Positions 54,440 to 64,000 of a DNA stretch of 64,000 nt are shown here, in pieces. The stretch's first letter is position 1. The number at the start of each line of letters is the position of its first letter. The notes under the pieces are model-generated. The model saw only the letters and a list, made by a program, of their open reading frames with translations. It did no database searches and had not been told where the DNA came from. This DNA comes from Phoronis australis (Eukaryota; Animalia; Phoronida). A program made the position numbers and the translations under genes. The DNA lies in contig NMRA01000396.1 in the NCBI GenBank assembly GCA_002633005.1, forward strand, positions 50,615-114,614, written 5' to 3'.

Positions 54440-55210
54440 CAGTATTGCTGTTGATAAGGATGCCGCAATTTGCAACCTGGTAAGGCGGAAGAAGAATTGC
54501 AAAGGGATTTCCAGAAAGAAGTTGGAGTCTTGTCTGTATATATAGACTTAATCATAAAATACAATACGCAACACTGGTTCTGCTGCGCGTAAACGTGGCA
54601 GTTTATGCTCGAAAGAAAACGGGGACCGCGCTGAGAAACTGATTCAAGCCAGGAGGCTACCCAAGGAATCGCAAATCTTTGAGAGAGGTTGCAAGGTATT
54701 TACAAGTGATCAAGTCTTCTGAGCAGAGAATGGCGACAAAAAGTTGAGCTAAAATCCGCCAAAAGAATGCGGGCATGACAGAGTACCAAAAGGTTAGAAA
54801 AAAAAAGAAAAACTCGAAACCATGACCGCTGTTCACCCACAGATGTTTAAACAATCAGTTTCACTGACGGAAAAGACTAGAATTTATTAAAATTGCATAA
54901 ACGATCGTGTTGATGGAAGCAAGAAACTACCATTTCAACCTTCTCGACTGTGTCATGAGAAATCTAGGTTTTCCAAAAAAGTACATGTCATGGTTTCTGC
55001 TGGAGTATTCTGGGAAGGAAAAGTACTCATTGGAAGTGATAGAGCAAAAGTCAGCGCTACATGTATATGCCGTTGTTGTATAAAAATCTTTTCGCCGATT
55101 GCCCGCGACTTTATCCTGGAAACAATTACGTGTTTCATCAAGATGGGGATCCAGCAGCGCTCAATAAACTCATTTGCCCCAAGCGCAATCTCAAACCTCA
55201 CCGTGAATGT
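54440..55210 (+). mobile_element. Tc1/mariner-superfamily transposase pseudogene
   Basis: FTDGKD (first catalytic D), KSRFSKKVHVMVSAGVFWEGK, and LFADCPRLYPGNNYVFHQDGDPA (second D, QDGAP-like). Frameshifted. Confidence 0.82.
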
Positions 55211-55839
55211 TCACACATAGATAATGTGTTACTTTTGGGCTCTCTTTGCTGATCCTCCTCTAACGCTGTGCATGCTATAAATATTTGAATTGCTTTTTAA
55301 CGATTCTTCTTCTAACAAATTCTTGTCTCTTTCTTAACTTTGTCTCAGTGCCTATTGGCTGTCAGTTATAAGTTGCATTGTGTACTGTAATCCAGATATT
55401 TCATTAAATGCTCGCAAGACCATGAAAACACTGCATATTTTGCTGACTCCTATCTAATGTCCGTCATTTCCAGAACTGGAGAGGCAGCACTAATATTTGT
55501 CAGAAGTGAGAAAACAATCTGCAATAAGATGGTGAACAGTTGCAAGATTTTTCTTCAGACGAATTTACTGTAACCACAGGATGTGCATCAAACGAATCTA
55601 AATTCAACGGTATCCTTATTAGCCAAAAGCCTTTGCTGACAAGGCTTTGATGCGAAAACCAACGCCGTTTACCTTTCCACCTGTGAGGGTTTTAGCATGA
55701 CAGCAAGAGCGCTTGATTTCCAAATCTCCTGCAAATGATTGGGGATGAATCTCTCCAGTTATATTCTACTTCTACCTGAGTTCTTAAAGCACAATATGGG
55801 GAGTTGTTATTTGTTGGTAATACAATGTTGCTTGGACGC

Positions 55840-56060
55840 AAATGTATAGTAACTCCATTGGCATTAAAATATGAGAAACCAAAGCAGCACCTGGTGGAAA
55901 CTTGTGGAGTTTGATACGACAAGGCAGTGTGAGCAGCGCTGTACACATAATGTGTGTTGGATAGCGCTACGTGCGAATAATATAAGCGCGGCCACTAGGG
56001 CTGCGATAGGCATTGCAAAAGCAACAAATGATTTAATAGAATTCGGCGGATTACAGTGTG
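55840..56060 (-). pseudogene. Possible decayed GPCR 7TM fragment (ECL2 Cys, TM5, TM7)
   Basis: C-x11-FAMPIAALVAALILFARSAIQ vs C-x11-FA(M/L)P(L/I)AIIIF...IQ in the intact genes. Then VLLWFLI and, after a frameshift, FNANGVTIHL vs LLWYLFTIFNSLQGFFIFL. An internal deletion is needed to align it. Confidence 0.45.
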
Positions 56061-56227
56061 TACGAATCTGAGAACACAATAACAACATCTATGGGTACCA
56101 GGTCAATGACCATATCCACATTTTACACAACAACACTAACACCAAGAATAATAGTAAAAGTAATAGTAATTGTAACGGTAATAGTAATTGAAATAGCAAT
56201 AACAACTGGCAAGCTCCAAAATACGGG

Positions 56228-56626
56228 CCAGGGGGATTTTCCGTAGATAAGCCCATGGTCGTGTATTCGGAAAATGAAAACTTTCGGGCGTTTTAGCAAC
56301 GCCAGGGCGTTTATTTGGAAAAAAGGGCGTATAAACGGACAGCCATAATTTTGCTTGACTTGACACTCATTTAATTATAATTGCGTTTTCAAATGTTTAA
56401 TTAATAAATGCATACATGAGTATTGGGCCAACGCCACAAAACTGAATTTGTGACAAAAAGTTGACACTCAAAGGAAATTTCCAAATGAACGTCCCACTGT
56501 CTAGAGACTTCACACCACGAGTTGTAACACCTAATAAACGCCCACTGGCATGTATTTGGTATAATTTTCCGAATAAATACCCATGGGCGATTTATAGGGT
56601 GGGCTTATCGACTGAAAACCCCAGTA
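56228..56626. mobile_element. MITE with composite inverted ends
   Basis: Left ttttccgtagataagcccatgg..tattcggaaaat..gggcgtttatt mirrors right aataaacgccc..attttccgaata..cccatgg..gggcttatcgactgaaaa. Confidence 0.7.
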
Positions 56627-57322
56627 CCTGTCAAATACACATGTATTTATAAACTAGTTTCAGTATAGGTTACAATGTTTCCAATTCCCTACGCAACAAC
56701 ATTCCCTTCGACTGGATTGTGAACACCGACTTTGAGCGAGCCATGATTCGACGACCTTCACAACATGACGTTCAAAAAATTTAATCTGATCACCACAGTG
56801 CATATAAAAAGAAAGTGACACATTATTTCGTCCAAATGTTTTTAAATTTAACTAATGATAACTTCACCTCTAAGTTCTTAGAGCAAGTTTACTTAACGGT
56901 GTGCATTTTAGCTTTAAAGAATACATGTAAGTACATGTATTGTTCACAATACAAGTCGGTCCTGAGGTTACAACAGAAGTTGCATCTTTCCAAGTTGTGC
57001 ATACATGTGTCAGTCATTTCTTAAATTGCACATCTTTAAACATTTATTTCAATTCACAAACGAAACAACGGTCGTCTCTAAAGCCTTGGAACAATCAAGC
57101 AAACTCAAATCCAGTTTCTAACGGTAACGTTTCACTCTAGAACACTCGTTTGTTTCATCTCAATCTTAATGTTGATTTAGCTTATCAATGCGCACTGAAG
57201 TTTTGGTAAGCCATGTATTTTTAAGAGTATCCGCCATATTGTACACTTGCAAAACGTTGGATGTAACGAATCAAACAGCAAAAACCGTAAATGGATTGCC
57301 TCGATTGGTTTACTAGGACTTG

Positions 57323-59463
57323 TTACATCTTGGTTGTCTCGGAAAATTCACTGCACCCGGTCAAAGTACTGTCACGGCCATCGGCACTGGCAGATGCAAG
57401 ATTCGAGTTCTTTTTCCTCACCACTAGAGTACGATATTTCAGAAATATAGATTCTCTGCAGATGTAAGCAAGGAATATGAAGAAGCCTTGCAGGGAGTTG
57501 AACGTGATGAATAAATACCATAAAACAATACTTCCAGTAAGAGCTCCTAAGTAACCAAATATCCACGTGCTTCCCATAACAGTAGAAAGTTTAACAGTTA
57601 TCAGAAGCACGCGAGTATTTTCGCGGTTGTTCTTGATATTCCTTCTGACTTGACGTTTGGCTCTTACGAATTGAATAATAGTGAACACAATAAATATTAC
57701 ATTAATAAATATGATAATCGCTATGGGCAGCGCAAAACTATAAAGAATAGCTTCGTGCCCGGAAATCCAACACCTTTCCTCATCTGCGTATCGGAAAGCT
57801 ACATCAGTGGCGAACTCCAAAATAATGCACGTGACAACTATCATCAAAGGACCCAGTACTGAATACAGGACATACTTATAAATTGCATAGGGAGATGGTT
57901 TATGTATCTCCATTATTTTGTAAAACGTTTTAAAAACAGAAAAACACATACTGTTCATCCAAAAGAAGGCGCACAACCACAGAAAATGTTCAACTATGGC
58001 CACTGTCTTACATAATGCAGGAATTTCAGTACGGTCAATTGCAGTTAACATGACGAGTTGCGCCATAAAAAGTGTTGTGGCGAGGTTCATCATAATTTGA
58101 CCAGGCAATGTTTGTAGTTCCTTAAAAAGTGCATACGTCAGAACAAATATCGCAAGACCACACAAACTGATCACGTTTCCTGCTACAGTGAGTTTGTACT
58201 GAGTTTTGTTATATTGAAAAAAACGAGTACTACTTCCATTCGTGAACGGATTGCAAACATACAATAAGTTACCTTGAATGAAGTAGTCACCTGGTTGAAA
58301 CGACAAGCCAGAGCTTACATAAGCTATGCCGTTTCTGATTTCATACTCATCATGTGTGTATGCGACCATTTTACACTTAAAATCCAAAGAAGTGCTGACG
58401 TTATTAGTTTCATTTAAAAACGTATTGTTTAAATTAGAGATCACAGTGCCATAACCACACGACCCATTAAGCATTAAATATTTTCCTGCAGGGCAAACTA
58501 ACGGTCGACATTTCCTTGCTAACTTGTCATAGATTTTATTTTCGGGACATGTCACTGTTGTCTTACTTATCTTAGCACGAATTTCGTCGCTCATTCCGGT
58601 GAAGTCTAGGAGGTGAGTAAAACTGGTGTACTCACTCGAAGGCGATGGACGAGGGTCGAAACAAAAGAGCATCGGCCAGCCACCGTCTGGACAACGTCCG
58701 AATTTTAACTTAATGAAATCAAAATCAGAATCGGGAAAGTAATCTGAGAAGTACATGTATGAAAAGCATTCTATCGTAGAAGTAGGACAAAATTCAGAGC
58801 ACACTGATCTCATAGGTTCCACGTGTACATTGCAATGATGTGCAAACGATGGTGCCTTTAGTAGCAAATTGAAATCGGTCGACTTATACAGCGCTTTTAT
58901 CCGTGCCTCGCCTGTAAGATTTCGGACAGTGCGGTCAAAGAGCGATTGTTCCTCTTCGGAAGTCATCGGATAAAGGTAACCTTTAGGTTTGAAAATTGTA
59001 CTCCAAAATGCTCCAATCTCCAGAACCTGTGATATGTTTACATGATGACAAAGTGCGCAATAAATATTTCGAAAACAGTATTGCCTACCATCTCTCAAGA
59101 ATCCGTTCACAGGCACAACCTGGAATATGTCGTCACTCTTTATAGAATGGCACTTGTTAACAAGATTATGATTGTTAAAATCTTCAGGACAACGTGAGAT
59201 GACCAAATTTCCGAGAGGTTTAATGGACTGATCTAACTCCAGACACTCTGTGTAAGGTGTGATTGGCGGGGAATTTGTTGCATTTGGTTTGTAATCATGA
59301 CAACAGTCGCCGAGGTCGACGCACATCGGATCACAATAACAAACCTGTCTCGTAATGAATGGTTTATGTCTTACGAAAGGTGACGAGCACGAAATTCCAC
59401 AAGCTTGATACAGCGATGGTTTAGAAGGCTGGGAATAACAGGAAACTCCGCACGTCTGGAACA
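57323..59463 (-). CDS. GPCR-2 coding exon 3: SMB-like ectodomain and 7TM, paralogue of GPCR-1
   Basis: Open frame of 2141 nt with CYCDPMCVDLGDCC and the same 7tm_2 motifs (HFLWLCAFFWMN, CWI, FNSLQGFFIF). Acceptor ttgtcctttcag|TG. Confidence 0.95.
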
Positions 59464-60986
59464 CTGAAAGGACAACATATTATTCGACATCTAATACATT
59501 CACGTAAACTGTAGATGACCATCGAGGAATATCGAAGTGAATGGAGCTAATTTGGTGGCGATAAGGTGTGTGATGGCTTAGAAGAGGGGCAGCCTCGGTG
59601 CCAACCACGGCCTTCAAATGAGTTTCGTTGCTTTCAATTTCAAATTTCCGTCTCCCTCTGTGTCTCTGAAGAGCCTTTACGGATTTTCATGAAATCTAGT
59701 AATTAACTGTATGTTTAGAAAACGGTGACATTTTCTCGTTTTGGATGGATTTGAAGTATTTTGAACCATTTAATGGCTATTTTTATGATACAAATAAACA
59801 CTCCTAGAAGAGCACCAATTGCGATGTATTTGTGAACACATTTCAACACTCCGCGTTGCTCTTCCTTTTTTCAAGTTCCGAAAGCATTAGCTAAATTGGC
59901 GAATGATTTTAGCTCTACCACTGCCTGTCCCGTTCAGAATTAGCCAATGGCGAGCTGGCAAGCGGCTAGCTCGACTTAATTGTTTAACCTCCAAACACAA
60001 GGGGTAGTTGCAAGACATACATGAAACAAAACACAGAACCTTTTCCACACAAACGACTTGCCCTCTCATTTTATTGCTGAGTAAAACTGCCGTAAAATGA
60101 TGTTTTGATTTGTGCAAAGATGTCAAAGTTTAACCCAATAACGTATTTTTTTCTTGAATGTCATTCTTTGATTTAAAGCCCTCTAGATCTTATTCTGGGC
60201 TAAGCGGAAACAGAGGTCCAAGTGTTCATTTTTGAGGTAGCCTTTTTATCAACAAAGTTCTCTTAGTTTGGATTGATAATTCGTCTGTTACACAAATGGA
60301 CAGAACAGAAGATGGTTATCTTATAACCCAGGTGTGTTTTTAAACTGGTGTGAAGCTCACAAATTCCCCATTTCGTCAAATTTCCTTGAAAACCGCCGTT
60401 GCAAAAACTGCAAATTCATTGAAAACCGACTGTGGAAAAACTATAGGAAGATCAGCCAGCACATGGGCGTTGCATTGACTTGCGACTGGCGAGTAAGTTT
60501 ACGCATAGAACATGATTTCAACGAAAAGCAACTTTAGAAATCATTTCGCATCGGACTAAATAAGAAGTGAGACCCATTTTTTAGACACAACATGTTCCCA
60601 TAGCCTCTTTAATTGACCTATCGCAAGCTCCGCCCCCTTGCATAATGTCGACAGAATAACAATACGTTTCACCCGGCAATGTGTTCTTTGTCGGGATAAA
60701 ATGGCGATTTGGAAATGAAGGTGTGTCAAGAATGCTGCGTTCTGATTGGTCATTTAAGCTGTCACTCATAATCCTGGCGATAGGTCAACACTCGGTGACT
60801 ACAGTGCCATATGGAACATATAGGCGTCTCAAATTTTGCCTAGAGGTTTCATACAGTGTATGATGCGCATGTGCGTACTACCAACATGTACAGTACGCCA
60901 TGAGAATTTCAAAATGTAAAACTTGAAGAAAGTCCCAGGATACACCATAAAGACATCATGGTGTTTTCGTAAACCGTTTGATATAC

Positions 60987-61073
60987 CTGCACACGCCTGC
61001 TCTTTAGAGGTATTGCATCTCGTGGGCATGACGATTGTGGCTGGTGAAGTTGATCTGTGAAATGATTGTGCAT
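60987..61073 (-). CDS. GPCR-2 coding exon 2 (87 nt)
   Basis: attttttcag|AT...GCAG|gtatat, encoding DAQSFHRSTSPATIVMPTRCNTSKEQACA. Phase 1-1. Confidence 0.88.
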
Positions 61074-61659
61074 CTGAAAAAATATCCATAATAAAGCCTG
61101 ACCTCTTTCCGTGTGGGCAGTCCACACTGCCTAATTTTGGAGACAAAAGGGATTATATTAAAGTGTCGTGTGGCTGGTATTTTAATTTATTTGCACAAAT
61201 TCCGTTACTACTTGTAGGAACTGCCCGCATACCTGTCAGAGATTTCACTGATCGTACTTACAACAATGGCCATCGTGTATCAACACTAAATTGGCCTAGG
61301 TTTCACGTATTGCGACAGCAACAGGTGTAATGTTTGATGACTGGTGGTTTTTATTGCCGACATCATGAGAAGGGGGATATTTTTTTCGGCGTCTATGAAA
61401 CTCCACTGTACCGTGCGCGCACACGTATTTCATATCCGAGAACTTTTGAAATTGATGAAACGTCGTGAATATGAACGAAAATTGATCCCTTTTAGCACTC
61501 GATTTCTATGTCAAGGTATTTTTGTATTGCTACGACTTAAGAAACTCACACTGTGGATTAGGCGGTTGGGGCAAAACTTATGTGCTGTAACTTGTTTTTT
61601 CGTTATTTCTATAATGTACTGTTATAAATGGTCATCAAGGGACGCTACAGGACACTTAC

Positions 61660-61714
61660 CCAAAACACGGAGTGCACTGATTGACAAGACGGTTGAAAGC
61701 AGCAAACTTCCCAT
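61660..61714 (-). CDS. GPCR-2 coding exon 1, signal peptide (full exon 61660-61772; alternative in-frame ATG at 61726)
   Basis: MGSLLLSTVLSISALRVL + G|gtaagt (55 nt), acceptor ttattttcag at 61773. The spliced CDS is 2283 nt (760 aa). Confidence 0.85.
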
Positions 61715-62383
61715 TGCAATAGGCATACCGAAGACAAGGGTTTAGTTTGACTCTAAGGAGTGTGTTCTTACCCTGAAAATAACAATATAATTTAGCGTAT
61801 TCACCTCTTGTATAACATGCTATCTCGAGCTATAAACTAATTTCTATTTTACAATAGCACAAACTCAAGAACAGTGTATGTGGTAGAGTTTTCGAGCACG
61901 TTATGACTTTGGTAAAGTGAATGAATGTCTTATCCTCGAGTTCTCAGTTGATGACCACTTTATTCAAGCTACGCAAACCCTCGAGTTTGCAACTCGAACC
62001 TACGGACCGGCAAGTGCAACCTAGGATCCACTACATCAAAATACATTTTTGTCTGTCGAAACCCAAACAAACAAAACATCGGGTGGCTAATTTTTTGTTT
62101 TCTACCACAGTGACAGGTAAGCCAAACAATGAAACCATTAATTGTAGATTTACCTTATCAAATTGGCGAAACTCGTTAATTAAGGCCATAATGGAATCTA
62201 ATACACAATTACTATTACTAATCTGTCCTAACAATAGATTGGAGCCTGTGCATGAAGGGGAAAATACAGTGATAAAATGCTATTTGCAATTTTATATAGT
62301 CAGGATTTGCTTCTAAAGCAAAGACATAATTTCCGCACTTCGTCAAAATATGAAAAACCTTACAACTCCAAACGCAATTGGCT

Positions 62384-63800
62384 TGTAGTCAAGTTGGTGG
62401 AAATGTGATCAATAATAACGAACGACGAAATTAGATACACAGAACAACACTGATTTATTAAGCTAGTACATAACATACAGGACATATACATTATATATAT
62501 GAAAGGACATGTGGCCACTGGGAGGAGTCAACTGCTTGACAGTCACAGTGGTCGGTATGCTAAAAAAAACATACAAAATCAAGATACAGTACAATTCTTG
62601 ACAGCTGTAAACTAGTGCGACAAATGTGCAGTAACGCATAACTTCAATAATTACACCAAAGTAAAAAGAAAATATTTAAGATAACGTGAGTTCGAATTCA
62701 GTTCATTTAACGCTCGCAAAATCTTTGATAACTTCGATCAACTTAACGTTCGTTTTTAAGACCAATTTCTCCCGCAATAGCATCAGAGCAATCCAGCTTT
62801 CGATTACCACTTTGACAGTGTCCTCGCTCGTTTACAACAATATCTTTGAATTCATTCTTCTTCTGTATGTTGACTCTGCCAGTGGTCACACTCGCTTTTG
62901 TGCTGACACAATTTGTCCCTCGCGGCTAGCTTGATCACTAACGGGGTAAACCGCACGACCTTCGCTTACCTCGTCTGTAGTCTAAGACCATAGTTCAGGC
63001 CTTTGTTCTGAGCTCCAAAAATGAAGGAAATGAGGTTGTTCAGGTTTGACGGTACCCTCTGACAAAGCGTCACCTATACAGAAATGTTTCCCTTTCGAAA
63101 CATGATGAACGACCTACGGAATTCCGTGTGTGGGCATCAATGCGCATTCCTTGGTCGGAAGTATACAGATCACCTCACCACAACCTGCCAACGCCTTTTG
63201 CACTGCACTTGTTGGGCCTAAGCCACTGGGTCGAGGTTTCCGTAATTTAGTTTACTTCTATCACTGGCTGCTTTAATAAAATGCAATTACTCAAGTGAAA
63301 GGTGGTCGCAATACATGTACGTGATAACTGAAATCTGATTGTGGTTTCCAAACTTTCACCCACTGTGATTGACCGAACATGATGACGTCCCTTTCTTTAC
63401 TTCATCCAATGAGTACTAGATGTTAAACAACATTCAACGTGGTACCTTTCGTAGCACTGTGGAAGGGTATAGTTTGACGGCAGTTTTGTAAAATAAACGG
63501 GATATGATTACCACTGCTGACATTCCTTAGTTCTGTGAAGTTGTTTTGAGTTAATTGGGTATCCTGTCTACTCTGATACGGAGGTGTCACCATTTTGAAC
63601 CCATATCCTTGTTCAGTGTTAAATTCTTGGCGCGAATACTCGTACATGTACACTTCAGACAATTGGAAATGGACAATTTAAATCTGGTCTTCAATCACAA
63701 TTTTTAACCCGACTTTCTCGAATCTAGGGTGAAAGCGCATTCAGACTCTAATCTCCTCTTTTCCACAGAGACATTCCTAAAATTACCTGCATTGCTCTCT
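62384..63800 (-). mobile_element. Very decayed Gypsy-like pol fragments with possible 3' LTR (~62384-62593)
   Basis: Minus frames give NLTLNKD, FTELRN and KGKHFCIGDALS (cf. GK.N..ADALS at the RNase H end). The adjacent short segment starts TG and has minus-strand TATA-like and AATAAA motifs. Confidence 0.4.
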
Positions 63801-64000
63801 TGCCGTTGCGCCAAACATGCTATGCAAAGAAGTAAGACAAGGATCGGGGGTGGTCGAGCCAGTCGTAGATCAAGAAGAAAATTTCAAGCAACTGCATAAA
63901 TATGTTACAAAATGTCAGAAAACAGCAATGTTTCAATTCATTATTCTAAACGATCACCTAACCAAACTTCGTGGTGGAAAAACATTTATTTTTCATGCAA

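Noticed and set aside
56145-56205. (gtaata)n tract giving hydrophobic or Tyr-rich ORFs
   Set aside because: Simple-sequence repeat.

Overview
This is AT-rich, repeat-dense animal genomic DNA, probably an invertebrate, with two assembly gaps and no prokaryotic features or CRISPR array. The core is a cluster of family-B (secretin/adhesion/Methuselah-like, 7tm_2) GPCR genes with a somatomedin-B-like Cys-rich ectodomain and no GPS motif. Two intact minus-strand paralogues can be rebuilt by hand as three coding exons joined by phase-1 introns. GPCR-1 is 18290-18236 + 14696-14622 + 13394-11224 (766 aa) and GPCR-2 is 61714-61660 + 61073-60987 + 59463-57323 (760 aa). Between them lie remnants the ORF track does not reveal: a heavily decayed plus-strand copy (~44030-46870) split by a solo LTR rich in heat-shock-element motifs, an orphan signal-peptide exon lacking its ATG (47655-47767), and a probable TM5/TM7 fragment (~55840-56060). 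The block 27633-31456, bounded by both gaps, duplicates its flanks and looks like an uncollapsed second haplotype carrying the empty site of a TA-flanked transposon. The rest is decayed transposable elements and a 35-bp minisatellite. All alignments were made by eye and no database search was run. I found no convincing evidence of a wholly new system beyond this birth-and-death receptor cluster.
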